NCBI GenBank assembly: GCA_963666275.2
Contig: CAXXOA010000001.1
Location: 192,001-256,000 of the forward strand
Source of the DNA: Oceanispirochaeta sp.
Lineage (GTDB): Bacteria > Spirochaetota > Spirochaetia > DSM-2461
Length of the DNA stretch: 64,000 nucleotides
Reading direction: 5' to 3'
Positions 38,262 to 48,122 of the stretch are shown piece by piece. Made by a program: the position numbers and the translations under genes. A model generated the notes under the pieces. The model did no database searches. It worked only from the letters and a program-made list of their open reading frames with translations, and was not told the DNA's origin. How positions within the stretch are numbered: position 1 is the stretch's first letter; every line of letters begins with the position of its first letter.

Positions 38262-39422
38262 TTACTCAAAATCCACCCAGGCGCTGTCCGCATCAGCTGA
38301 CCTGACACAGTTCTCCACCCACTTGATTCCTTCTATACCATCATCAATCCCCGGATAGATCAGATTGTTCAGGGTTACTTCATCGGCCCGTTTTTTTGCA
38401 TCTATGGCAATGGCAAACTTCAGATAGATATTGGCCCAGGATTCCAGGAGTCCTTCTGCATGGAGGGCTCCCAGACGTTCATCCGCATTGCACTGGTCGT
38501 ACAGATAGGGCATGGCGCGGATCATGGTCTGTACAGGTTTACCCTGCTCCTCAAGTATCAGTTCATTGGGCTGGTTATCCCGCCATTCAATGCTGGCTTT
38601 GGAGCCCACAATTCTGATCCGGTGTCCATTCATGCATCCCGCATTCACAGCAGATGTCCATAAACGTCCTACTGCTCCATTATCATATTTCATCATCACA
38701 TACGCGTTATCTTCCAGAGGGGCCCTGTTTGCAATAAAACTCTGTCTGTCGCACATGAGTTTTTTTATTTTTATATGAGGGCAGATCAGATGAGACATAT
38801 AGTAAGTATGAGTCGAGAGATCGCCGATCACAAAGGTAGGTCCCGAGACTTCCGGGTTCATACGCCATATTTTCCCGTTGTCTTCATTAAAAAAACCGTG
38901 GGTGTACTGGAGTTCCACCATCCTAACTTCTCCGATATCACCGTTCAGAACCATCTGACGCATCTGGAGCATCAGGGGATGACCGCTGAATCCGTAGGTA
39001 ACACCGATAATCAGACCCTTTTTGCTGGCCAGTTCTTTTGCGGCATAGCCCTCTTCTCTTTTAAAAAACAGCGGTTTTTCACAGATAACATGAATTCCCG
39101 CTTCAAGAGCGGCCATTGTAATTTCAAAATGGGTGCTGTTAGGAGTGGCTATGGATACCACTTCAATACCGTCTTCCCGTTCCGACTCCCGGGCAAACAT
39201 GGTTTTATAGTCAGGGTAGCATCGTTGAGGATCAACTCCCAGGTTTGTACCGAAATCCCTGCCTCTTTCAGCATCTATATCGAAAGCACCGGCAACAAGA
39301 CTATAGGCAGTATTATCCTTGAGAGCACCTGATCTGTGCTTGTATCCCACTGCACCTGTCCTGCCTCCTCCTACCATTCCCCATCTGAGGGGTGTGTTTA
39401 TTTTCCTTTCACCATTCAACAT
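38262..39422 (-). CDS. Gfo/Idh/MocA-family oxidoreductase
   Basis: WGMVGGG, IATPNSTH, HVICEKP, GDLSTH. Confidence 0.92.
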   Translation of the reverse strand: MLNGERKINTPLRWGMVGGGRTGAVGYKHRSGALKDNTAYSLVAGAFDIDAERGRDFGTNLGVDPQRCYPDYKTMFARESEREDGIEVVSIATPNSTHFEITMAALEAGIHVICEKPLFFKREEGYAAKELASKKGLIIGVTYGFSGHPLMLQMRQMVLNGDIGEVRMVELQYTHGFFNEDNGKIWRMNPEVSGPTFVIGDLSTHTYYMSHLICPHIKIKKLMCDRQSFIANRAPLEDNAYVMMKYDNGAVGRLWTSAVNAGCMNGHRIRIVGSKASIEWRDNQPNELILEEQGKPVQTMIRAMPYLYDQCNADERLGALHAEGLLESWANIYLKFAIAIDAKKRADEVTLNNLIYPGIDDGIEGIKWVENCVRSADADSAWVDFE

Positions 39423-39577
39423 ATTGATTCTCCTTGATCTGAATAATCCTTGATAACTGGTATCTCTTGTAGCATCTGAATAAAGGATAGACCTGTCTTT
39501 TAGTTAATTGAATGCTCTTCCTTGCTGTGTTTTATATTGATCTTGCTCTCAATGTCAGGCCGTTTTATACTTGAGTT

Positions 39578-40417
39578 ATGATTAGTAAAGAGCCGGGTGT
39601 CATGCCGGGATCCCATTACTTTTTTCTCACTGCAGCGGACACAGTAAGAGAGTTTTATTATTACCTGGTCTGGTGCGGGCATTATTTCTGTAAAAGAGGG
39701 TATTCCATTAAAAGGGAATTCTTCCCGCATCTCCTTCTGGCCTATGTACAGAAAGGGATAATGAAACTGGTTTACCAGGAGGAATCCTATCAGGCAGAAG
39801 AGGGCACTGTTATGCTTATAGACTGTCAGCTTCCTCATCACTATTATTCCACCCCCGGACTGGAGTTCTCCTATTTCCATTTTGACGGAGCCAACTCCCA
39901 TGAGTTCTGCAGGCATCTGATCAGTGAAAACGGATCGCCCGTATTCAGAACATCTGCCAATACGGGGATTGGGATCAGTGTGAATGAAACTGTTGAGAGA
40001 CTCATAGAAAAAGAGGAGATACCTTCAGCGGAAACATCCCGCATTATCTATGAAATTTTGATGCGCATAGCCCAGGGCAATGAAAGCCCGGAGGAGCACT
40101 CCCATTTAGTGAATACTGCTGTCAAATTCATAAATGAGAACGTCCAGGCCAATCTGACTCTGGATGAGATAGCAGAAAAGGTGAATCTCAGCGCCTATTA
40201 TTTTTCCAGGCTTTTTAAAAAACACACAGGCTTTTCTCCTCTGGATTATGCATTGAAATGTAAAATGGACAGAGCTATATTTTTCCTGAAAACCTCAGAC
40301 CTTTCTGTTGGAGAGATCGCCTACCGTTTGGGGTACAGCTCGGAAGCGGCTTTCGGGAACGCTTTTAAAAGAAAAGTGGGGCTGCCGCCGGGAAGATTCA
40401 GGAAAATGACAATTTAA
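39578..40417 (+). CDS. AraC-family transcriptional regulator
   Basis: LSAYYFSRLFKKHTG; SVGEIAYRLGYSSEAAFGNAFKRKVG. Confidence 0.95.
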   Translation: MISKEPGVMPGSHYFFLTAADTVREFYYYLVWCGHYFCKRGYSIKREFFPHLLLAYVQKGIMKLVYQEESYQAEEGTVMLIDCQLPHHYYSTPGLEFSYFHFDGANSHEFCRHLISENGSPVFRTSANTGIGISVNETVERLIEKEEIPSAETSRIIYEILMRIAQGNESPEEHSHLVNTAVKFINENVQANLTLDEIAEKVNLSAYYFSRLFKKHTGFSPLDYALKCKMDRAIFFLKTSDLSVGEIAYRLGYSSEAAFGNAFKRKVGLPPGRFRKMTI

Positions 40418-40506
40418 GAACTCAGGATAGTTGTAAATCTCTCCAATATCCCGGAAAGAGCTCAAAATAGAGCCTATCCATATTGATTTCTTCAAATCGC
40501 TGGAGA

Positions 40507-40731
40507 AATAGGTACTATTCAAATTGGAATAGGCATTTTAAATATCCCCGAATATTGAGTATCGTATGGGAAAGCATTGCCGGGATATTCATGTACGACA
40601 ACTACCTGGGGCAAGAGAAATACAATCCTGAGAATTGTGGAAGATCAAAATTTCAGAAAGTGAGATTATTCTTTTGTTTTTCCCCCAATATTTTTGACGG
40701 GACCTTTTTGAAGGATCTTAAAAAATCTTGA
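40507..40731 (+). pseudogene. Relic of the 3' part of the GntR/AraR-like regulator
   Basis: IAGIFMYDNYLGQEKYN (from 40576) vs IAGIFMYDNYQGQEKYN (from 19918). 40625-40731 aligns to 20296-20403 with a premature stop and a frameshift. Confidence 0.9.
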
Positions 40732-40779
40732 CGTGTGAGATTTTCATTGGTCTGTAGACTGCCTGTCAGTAGCATCTCA

Positions 40780-42279
40780 CTAATAAGGTCCGAACCCGAT
40801 CGCCACAGCCCCCATCAGAAACAGCAGGGACAGCCCCGCTATGCCCACCTGCATCTTCCAGGTCCACTTCATCCACTGGGGATAGCTCACCACGGTAAAG
40901 CTCAGCCCGATCAGAAGCAGTGCATTGGTGGGGAAGATCATATTGCTGAATCCGTCTCCCAGGTCGAAGGCCAGGACGGCGGTCTGCCGGGTCAGGCCCA
41001 CAAGATCCGCCAGGGGGGCTATGATGGGCATCACAAGAAAGGCCTTGGCGGAAGCGCTGCTTATGAAGAAGTTCAGGGCCAGAGTCAGAAGGTAGATGTA
41101 GAAAGCCGCAATATAGGGATTGGTCCCTTTGATTGCTTCAGAGGCATAAAAGAGGATGGTATCCATCACCTTGCCCCTGGTCATAATATGGGGAACGCTC
41201 ATGGCCATCAGGATCAGCAGGATTCCGGGGAACATATTAGCCGCTCCTGAGCCTAGGACTTTCAGAAGCTCCTTCCAGGAGTAACCGATGATACGCCCCG
41301 CACCGGCTCCGCCGATGAGAAAGAGCAGGGCTACCGCCGGGAACGCCGCGTCCGAGGGGAGGGCTGGAATGAGCCCTGCCAGGATCATAAAGACGATGGC
41401 CACTCCCAGGCAGGAGCCGAACCATAGGGCGGCTTTGCTCTTCCGGGGATCAGCCGTTCCGGCGCTGTCTATCAGGTTATCCTCCTGAAACCGGCTGCGG
41501 ATTTTTTCATCCGCCTCAAACACCGGAGAGAGGGTAGGATCCTTTTCTATTTTCCGGGCATATTTTTTCACTGCCAGAAAGGAAAAGAGGTAGATCACCA
41601 TAAAAAAAAGGATCCGGAACCAGGTGCCTGAAAAGAGGGGCAGATCCGACAGTTTCTGGGCCACCGCAATGGTAAAAGGGTTGGTCACAGCTGCGGCGAA
41701 ACCGAAGCTCAGGGCCAGCAGGCTCATGCCCAGGCCTGTGAGGGAGTCCCATCCCAGAGCCAGAGACAGGGGAACAATGATCACAATCAGGGGGACCAGC
41801 CCCTCATAAACCCCCACAAAGGCGGCCAGAAACATCATGACAAACATAATCACCCCCAGGAGCCTGTATTTATTCTTTTTAAACCGGGCGGCTGTGACTG
41901 TCAGGAGCTCCTGCATGACGCCCCCTTTTTCAAGGACCGAAAAGGATCCTCCCAGAAAAATCATAAACAGGGAAAGAACCAGAACCATCAGCCAGTTGTC
42001 TCCCCATATTACTTCTACAGGAGCGCTGAACCATCGCCAGGCGGGATAGCCCGAGTCCTGTATATATTCAAACGAATTGGCAACCACTGCCATCCGTCCT
42101 TCCGTAAAGGTGCGTTCGTAGGCTCCTGCGGGGATCCATATGGTGAGGAAACCTGAAAAGATTATAAGGAGAAAGAGGATGGAAAAAGCTGTCAGAAAGG
42201 GTTTTACACCGATCTTCAGCATGGAGTTGTTTTCTTCTTTCTCTATGGCTGGCTGTTTAAGAATTTCTTCGCTCTGCAT
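40780..42279 (-). CDS. YfcC/AbgT-like membrane transporter
   Basis: LTIWIPAGAYER, NPFTIAVAQKLSDLPLFSG, AFDLGDGFSNMIFPTN. Confidence 0.88.
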   Translation of the reverse strand: MQSEEILKQPAIEKEENNSMLKIGVKPFLTAFSILFLLIIFSGFLTIWIPAGAYERTFTEGRMAVVANSFEYIQDSGYPAWRWFSAPVEVIWGDNWLMVLVLSLFMIFLGGSFSVLEKGGVMQELLTVTAARFKKNKYRLLGVIMFVMMFLAAFVGVYEGLVPLIVIIVPLSLALGWDSLTGLGMSLLALSFGFAAAVTNPFTIAVAQKLSDLPLFSGTWFRILFFMVIYLFSFLAVKKYARKIEKDPTLSPVFEADEKIRSRFQEDNLIDSAGTADPRKSKAALWFGSCLGVAIVFMILAGLIPALPSDAAFPAVALLFLIGGAGAGRIIGYSWKELLKVLGSGAANMFPGILLILMAMSVPHIMTRGKVMDTILFYASEAIKGTNPYIAAFYIYLLTLALNFFISSASAKAFLVMPIIAPLADLVGLTRQTAVLAFDLGDGFSNMIFPTNALLLIGLSFTVVSYPQWMKWTWKMQVGIAGLSLLFLMGAVAIGFGPY

Positions 42280-42303
42280 GGGGGCTCCTTGTCTGTGTTC
42301 TGT

Positions 42304-43785
42304 TTATAGCCGGGAGAATAATCGGCAGTAGAAATCCAGACCGCGGTCCAGATTTTTGAGGGATACTCGTTCGTTGATCCCATGTATGGTTTTCAGATCC
42401 TGCGGTGTCAGCTCCAGAGGGGTGAAACGCAGGATCTGGTCCGACAGGTCTCTATAGTACTTGGAATCGGTCGAGCCGTTCACCAGAAAGGGAACTGCCA
42501 CTGCTTCGGGATGGGACTCCTCCAGGACCTCCCTGAGCAGAGTGAAACCCGTTCCCGAAGGATTGGTCGCCTCTATGGGGTCATTGGAGGGCCAGTTTCC
42601 GGCGTCTTCGACTTTCAGGGATCTGTCCCGTAGAGTCCGTTTATGCCGTTTGTGCATGCGGGAGATCGAATCTCCCGGCAGGATCCGGTGATTCACCATA
42701 CAGGCCGCTTCGCCGGGAAGGATATTCTCCTGCTCGCCGCTGTTGAAGACGGTGACAGCCTGGGTTGTCCGGATAAGACTGTCGGTGGTCGGGTTTCGGG
42801 AGAAGACAAAGCGGATCAGGGGCGCGCTGATCCAGAGGTTGGCAAAGAGAAAACCCAGAGCGGGGTTTACCCAGGGAACAAATCGCTCCAGCATATTCCT
42901 CATAACCGGTACCAGACGGGAGGGGAAAAGTTTCCGCTCCAGCCGGACAATCCCCCGGGAGAGCCGTCCGATGGCCGTGCCTTTCTTTACGGGCATCGAG
43001 GAGTGGCCGCTTGTGCCGGGGCTTGATATCTTAAAGGTGACAAAGCCCTTTTCTGCCATCCCGATCAGAGCGGCAGGTTTTCCTTTCAGAAAAGCGAGCT
43101 GATCTCTGGCGATAATGCCCCCTTCGTCCATAATAAACTCAAACTTCAGGTTCCGGGAGGTCAGCTCCTTTGACAGGACGCCGGCACCTTCCAGCCCGGC
43201 AATCTCCTCATCTCCTCCAAAGGCGAACCAGATATCCCTTTCGGGCTGAAAGTTCTGCTCCAGCAGTGCTTCGGCGGTTTCCATCAGTAGGGCAAGCTGT
43301 ACCTTTATGTCCAGAGTTCCCCGGCCCCAGAGTTCTTCCTCTTCGATCTCTCCGCTGAAAGGTGGCTTCAGCCAGACTTCCTCCCCGTTCTCCTCGGCGG
43401 GAACCACATCGTAATGGGCCAGAAAGAGTACAGGCTTCAGGGAGGGATCCGAACCCTTCCAGTGATAGAGCAGGGCGAAGTCGCTGAGTTTCTCCACAGC
43501 CATATTTTTATGTACCACAGGGAAAAGTGTTTCCAGCTCTTTCTGAAACTCCCTGAACGAGGAAAGATCCCTTTTGGTCCTGTCGGTCCAGGATACTGTG
43601 GGAATCCTGATGAGCCGGGCCAGTTTTCCGGGAAACTCTTTCCTCTCCTCTTCTGGAATGGTCTGAACCTGTTCTGTATCCCTGATCTGCTCAAATTCCC
43701 CTCCGGGAGAGTACTTTCTCCGGATAAAGTGGTAGCGTGTGATCAGTATCAGCAAAAAGAGGATAAAGAGGGGGAATAGAGCCAT
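42304..43785 (-). CDS. M20 metallopeptidase (carboxypeptidase S / PM20D1-like) with an N-terminal anchor
   Basis: AHYDVVP, WGRGTLDIK, GGDEE, DEGG, GHSSMP, GSTDS, IHGINE. Confidence 0.92.
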   Translation of the reverse strand: MALFPLFILFLLILITRYHFIRRKYSPGGEFEQIRDTEQVQTIPEEERKEFPGKLARLIRIPTVSWTDRTKRDLSSFREFQKELETLFPVVHKNMAVEKLSDFALLYHWKGSDPSLKPVLFLAHYDVVPAEENGEEVWLKPPFSGEIEEEELWGRGTLDIKVQLALLMETAEALLEQNFQPERDIWFAFGGDEEIAGLEGAGVLSKELTSRNLKFEFIMDEGGIIARDQLAFLKGKPAALIGMAEKGFVTFKISSPGTSGHSSMPVKKGTAIGRLSRGIVRLERKLFPSRLVPVMRNMLERFVPWVNPALGFLFANLWISAPLIRFVFSRNPTTDSLIRTTQAVTVFNSGEQENILPGEAACMVNHRILPGDSISRMHKRHKRTLRDRSLKVEDAGNWPSNDPIEATNPSGTGFTLLREVLEESHPEAVAVPFLVNGSTDSKYYRDLSDQILRFTPLELTPQDLKTIHGINERVSLKNLDRGLDFYCRLFSRL

Positions 43786-43879
43786 TTATGAAGTCTCCCG
43801 ATTGTGTTAACCTTAAGGGTAAAGTATCTATGGATGTAAGGGCACCGTCAAGAAAAACCGGAAAGCCCTGTAGGATTTT

Positions 43880-44989
43880 ATGACAGACGAACAATTACAC
43901 AAACTGGACCACTATCTTCAGGAACTGGAGCTTCCCTTCAGATCCTCTGTGGTGATCGCTCTCATTCGAGACGCCCTGGCCGGAACAGGTGATCCTCCGG
44001 ATATAATCTCCCGGAGAATCTATCAGATCGCCGGTGTTATCCTTCCCGGGGAGGAAGCGCCCCTTCTTTTCGAACAGCTTATTTTCGATCTCTACAAGGA
44101 TGTGGAAAAAGGGTTCGATAAGGATGAAGACAGTACGTTTTCACCTATGAGAAGCCGTATACTGGACCTGCTAGATAAATGGATGCAGCTTTCCGACTTC
44201 CTCTATGAGGAAGAGCAGAACCAGCTCAGCGGAAGGGATGAGATTCAGCTTGAAATGAATGAACTTCTCAAATTCCTCCACTCCCTGCTGGACCGCCTGA
44301 ATGATCCCGAACATGAAACTCCCGATTCGGCCAAGGAACTGAGCTTTCTGCTGGACCAGAGCGAAGAGGTTTTTACCCGCTTTATGCACCAGGTGGAAGA
44401 GCTTCTCAATCCCCATACCTCGGTAACCCCCGTGGAGGACGGTTCTGAAAAAATCCTTCATCTGCGGGTGGAACTCAAAGATGCGGGACATCCTGTGTGG
44501 CGGGAGTTTACTGTATCGGGTTTACTGCCCCTTTCCCGGTTTCATCTGGTTCTGCAGAAAGTCATGGGATGGTGGGACCTGTACGATCACAGCTTTGAGC
44601 AGGGAGGTTCCTTCTGGGGGACCTCGGCGGAAGACGATGACTCTGTTATCTATCAGGACGAAGAGGAGTGTCCGGTTCAGTCTCTTCTGACCGAAGAGGA
44701 TGATATGCTCCACTACTGCTATGACCTTCCCGAGGGATGGCATCATGTCGTTCTGGTTCAGGATGCTCTGGACGCGAGTGCCGGGGCTGCTCCCCGCTGC
44801 CTCAAGGGCCGGGGAGCCTGTCCTCCCGAAGACTGCGGCGGTCCCGAAGGGTTCCGTATGCTCCTGGCTTCTCTGAAACCGGATGCCCCGGCGGACCTGA
44901 AAGAGGACTTTGCCTGGGTGGGAGATTACGATCCCGATGAATTTGATGCGGATGCAGTCAATGAGGAGCTGGGGAATCTGATCCTTTAG
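43880..44989 (+). CDS. pRiA4b ORF-3 family protein with an acidic helical N-terminal extension
   Basis: PVWREF...FHLVLQKVMGW...HSF, YCYD...WHH, GACPPEDCGG, YDPDEFD. Confidence 0.85.
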   Translation: MTDEQLHKLDHYLQELELPFRSSVVIALIRDALAGTGDPPDIISRRIYQIAGVILPGEEAPLLFEQLIFDLYKDVEKGFDKDEDSTFSPMRSRILDLLDKWMQLSDFLYEEEQNQLSGRDEIQLEMNELLKFLHSLLDRLNDPEHETPDSAKELSFLLDQSEEVFTRFMHQVEELLNPHTSVTPVEDGSEKILHLRVELKDAGHPVWREFTVSGLLPLSRFHLVLQKVMGWWDLYDHSFEQGGSFWGTSAEDDDSVIYQDEEECPVQSLLTEEDDMLHYCYDLPEGWHHVVLVQDALDASAGAAPRCLKGRGACPPEDCGGPEGFRMLLASLKPDAPADLKEDFAWVGDYDPDEFDADAVNEELGNLIL

Positions 44990-45002
44990 GGTGTTGAAAT
45001 CA

Positions 45003-45029
45003 ACTCTCCGGAACTTTTTTCCGGAGAGT
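45003..45029. terminator. Hairpin between convergent genes
   Basis: ACTCTCCGGAA / TTCCGGAGAGT, an 11-bp stem. Confidence 0.7.
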
Positions 45030-45056
45030 GATTGTCATTTTCAGAAAAAAAGAGGA

Positions 45057-46343
45057 TCAGCCTGTTACCTCCCGGGCCAGTTTCACCCATTTTTTTACAT
45101 TTTCCGAATTGTTTCCGATTGTATGGTTGTCTTTCATAATAATCTCAACGCAATTCCTGTCTTTTGCCACAGCGAATTTTTCCTCTAATTCTTTCCGGGC
45201 TGTTTCCACATCCATTTCATGGGTTGCCAGAGGGGAAGGTGTCGGTTTCAGTGAGAATATATAGTCTTTTTTCAGAGCATCGCTCATTTTTTCGACATCT
45301 GCCCAATGCGATACAGAAACTCTTCTGAGGTTTTTGCTCTGTTTAACAGTTTCAATCCGAGATTCCAGGCCTTCACAGCATCCGTAACACCCCAGTCCGA
45401 ACTTTTCAAGAATCTCTTTCTGATAGGGCCAGATGAATTCGGCAAACATATCGGGAGATACTCCTACTGTAATCTGGCTTTCCGTGAGGCCCCACATTTC
45501 ACTGAGCATTGACGGTTCTCTGCCGGGCAGCTGATCTGTATATCCCAGTCCGCCGGATCCTACAAAGGTATAATTGTTATTGGGGTAGTAGAGATTTTGT
45601 TTTTCAAGAAATTCCATTCTCTCTATTGTTCCCTGCTGAAGCTTTTGCATCAGGGCATGGACACCATCGGGATCGTCATAGAAATCCATCATCATTTTAT
45701 CCATGCCCCGTAGCTGGGAAAATTCATCCGTCAGGCCCACCGACCAGTACCATACTGTCCTGTTCTGAACAGTAAGAATACCGTCGAAAATGGACTGGGC
45801 CAGGTCCATAACCTTTTGTGATGTGTCTTTGTCTACAACGATCTCCTGAGGCAGAATTGATTCAATCTCTTCATATGAGTCCATGACCGAATCAATATGG
45901 TAGGCACCGCCGTCAAGCTGTGTGGTAAAGGCATGGCTTTTCTCTTCTTTCCCTTTGATCCGCCAGGGCATTTCCCTGTATACATGAGCTATGTCAATTA
46001 CAGGCTCAATCACATAATCATCTCCCATTTCCCTGCCCCAGAAAATCTGTTTCTTCATGGACAGTTCCCAGTGCCTTGCCAGGTCATTGGTACATTTCAG
46101 GTCAGTTTCCGGAATAATTTCATGCCACCCGTTTTCGGGATCACAAAAAATCATGGGTCTTTCTCCTTCCAGGTTGTTGTGTTTGACCCAGAGCCGCTTT
46201 TTCTCTGCCATTTCGGGAGACTCTCCCATTTCCCGAACCTCCTTTGCCAGCGACTGGAGCTGCTTTTTATCATCCCCGGAAATCCTAAGGTCGGAATAAT
46301 CTGTATCCGTTGAGTCCACCCTTACATTCAAGTGTTTATACAT
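45057..46343 (-). CDS. Uroporphyrinogen decarboxylase / methyltransferase-like (URO-D fold) protein of unknown function
   Basis: LRGMDKMMMDFYDDPDGVHALM, VSPDMFAEFIWPYQKEI, YGCCE. Confidence 0.7.
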   Translation of the reverse strand: MYKHLNVRVDSTDTDYSDLRISGDDKKQLQSLAKEVREMGESPEMAEKKRLWVKHNNLEGERPMIFCDPENGWHEIIPETDLKCTNDLARHWELSMKKQIFWGREMGDDYVIEPVIDIAHVYREMPWRIKGKEEKSHAFTTQLDGGAYHIDSVMDSYEEIESILPQEIVVDKDTSQKVMDLAQSIFDGILTVQNRTVWYWSVGLTDEFSQLRGMDKMMMDFYDDPDGVHALMQKLQQGTIERMEFLEKQNLYYPNNNYTFVGSGGLGYTDQLPGREPSMLSEMWGLTESQITVGVSPDMFAEFIWPYQKEILEKFGLGCYGCCEGLESRIETVKQSKNLRRVSVSHWADVEKMSDALKKDYIFSLKPTPSPLATHEMDVETARKELEEKFAVAKDRNCVEIIMKDNHTIGNNSENVKKWVKLAREVTG

Positions 46344-46358
46344 ACTCTCTCTCCTTTT

Positions 46359-47396
46359 TCAAATTTTTGAACCGCAGCTTTCCCGGATAATCAGGGAAGG
46401 CTGTAACTTTAAGTCCTTTGGTTTCAGAAAACTTTTGGAATGGATTTTTTCAATGAGATGCTGACAGGCCAATTCGGTCATTTTTGCCAAAGGCTGATGG
46501 ACAGATGTGAGATGGGGTTTGAAGTAGGTGCAGAACTGAATGTCATCAAAACCGACAAGAGCCATATCCTGAGGCACTCCGATGCCTAATTCATTAAGAG
46601 CCTCTTTTGCCCCCAGAGCGATCATATCGTTCTGAGCAAAAATGGCAGAAATCTCTTTCAGGCCCTTTTTATGGTTCATAACAGCATGGTAGCCCGATTC
46701 AAAATAGCTGGTGCCGCCTTGAAAAATCAGCTTGTCATTTCTCTCAATTCCGAAATGGTTCAATGCGGTCCGATAGCCTTCGGTTCTTAACTCATACTCC
46801 TTTCCCTCATAGTTTTTAACCGTTATGGTGGCAATCTTTTTGTGACCGAGTTTCAATAAATGTTCCGTTGCCATATACCCCCCCGCCAGGTGGTCTGTAT
46901 AAAATTTATCCGCCTCGGCAAAATCCGGATCATCCAGGAAATGGTGCAGAAACACATAGGGAAGCTTTGTGGATTTCAGAAATAGTTTTGCTTCCCGGGG
47001 CAGAGTGGGCCGGGCAATAAGAAGTCCATCGACTTTTTTGCCAATGATGAGTTTTTTTATATTGCTCACATTGGAAAATCTGTTATTGGCAAAAGCAACG
47101 ATCAGATCCAGGCCGGCTTTTTCCATGCTTTTCTGAAGCTGGCCATGGAAGGCTCCAAAATAAAGGTTGGCATTAAAATCCATAAAGTCTTCCGGATATA
47201 TGATACCGACAGTATTGCTCCGGTTTGTGATAAGGCTCCTGGCGTTGGCATTGAATTCAAAACCCTGTTCTTCTGCAATCTTCCAAATCCGATTTCTTGT
47301 CGCTTCTGAGATTAGAGGGCTGTTGTTGAGGCTACGCGAAACTGTAGACTGACTGACCCCTGCCAGAAGGGCAAGGTCTTTTGTCGTTATTGACAA
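46359..47396 (-). CDS. LacI-family transcriptional regulator
   Basis: TTKDLALLAGVSQSTVSRSLN; VPQDMALVGFDD; RESC. Confidence 0.95.
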   Translation of the reverse strand: MSITTKDLALLAGVSQSTVSRSLNNSPLISEATRNRIWKIAEEQGFEFNANARSLITNRSNTVGIIYPEDFMDFNANLYFGAFHGQLQKSMEKAGLDLIVAFANNRFSNVSNIKKLIIGKKVDGLLIARPTLPREAKLFLKSTKLPYVFLHHFLDDPDFAEADKFYTDHLAGGYMATEHLLKLGHKKIATITVKNYEGKEYELRTEGYRTALNHFGIERNDKLIFQGGTSYFESGYHAVMNHKKGLKEISAIFAQNDMIALGAKEALNELGIGVPQDMALVGFDDIQFCTYFKPHLTSVHQPLAKMTELACQHLIEKIHSKSFLKPKDLKLQPSLIIRESCGSKI

Positions 47397-47418
47397 TATC
47401 TCTCTCCGGAATGGAAAA

Positions 47419-47450
47419 AATTGTTAATGCAATCGTATGCATTAGCAATT
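47419..47450. promoter_or_regulatory. LacI-type operator
   Basis: AATTGtTAATGCAatCGtaTGCATTAgCAATT, an inverted repeat centred on CG upstream of the LacI gene. A weaker copy lies at about 47610-47625. Confidence 0.7.
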
Positions 47451-47625
47451 ATACAAGCTGATGGTTTAATCGTAAAGTTTTTTCTGCATTTCAGAAAAAA
47501 TGGACCTGAACCTTCTTCTTTCCCTTTTTTTCAGAAGGAGAGAGTCCAAAACTGAGAATTTTCTTTTACGTTGAGTAAGATTTTGAGACTATTGATACAC
47601 TATTGGGTTTATGCAACCGTATGTT

Positions 47626-48102
47626 TTAAGAGGGCTGCTGCATTTGTCTGATCGATTCTACAATACAGGCGTGATCCTCCAGATCATCTGGTAGGCCGGA
47701 AACGCAAATGGATCCGATCATCCCCGTGCCTTCCAGGAGAAGGGGAAAACCGCCTCCGAAAGTGGCATAATCCTGAGGGTTCAGCAGTCTTTCTTTCAGG
47801 GTCTGTCCGAAAACGGCAAGCCAGGACCGGAAGCGGAGGGAGGACATTCCCATGAGTTCCACGCTGTTCCTCTTTCTCTCCAGCCAGTACTCGCTGTCAG
47901 CCATTGAACCGTCTGTAAAATGCCGGAATACTACCAGTCCGTTAATAGTTATTTCCACAGCAATGGGATCGCTGAATTTTTTGGAATAGTCCAGTATGGT
48001 CAGACCCAGTGAAAGAGCATCAGCCCTTGAGAAACTTTGGAATGTCAGATTCTTCTCCTCCTGGCCCAGCCTTTCAAATTCCTGTCTGTCTGATTTACTC
48101 AT
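47626..48102 (-). CDS. UPF0303 / GlcG-HbpS heme-binding-domain protein
   Basis: WLERKRNSV...SS, GGGFP, ICVSGLP...DH. Confidence 0.85.
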   Translation of the reverse strand: MSKSDRQEFERLGQEEKNLTFQSFSRADALSLGLTILDYSKKFSDPIAVEITINGLVVFRHFTDGSMADSEYWLERKRNSVELMGMSSLRFRSWLAVFGQTLKERLLNPQDYATFGGGFPLLLEGTGMIGSICVSGLPDDLEDHACIVESIRQMQQPS

Positions 48103-48122
48103 ATCCTGTCTCCTTTAGAATT

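Noticed and set aside
40483..40731. 82-aa ORF as a real gene
   Set aside because: It is a patchwork of gntR fragments with deletions and a frameshift.
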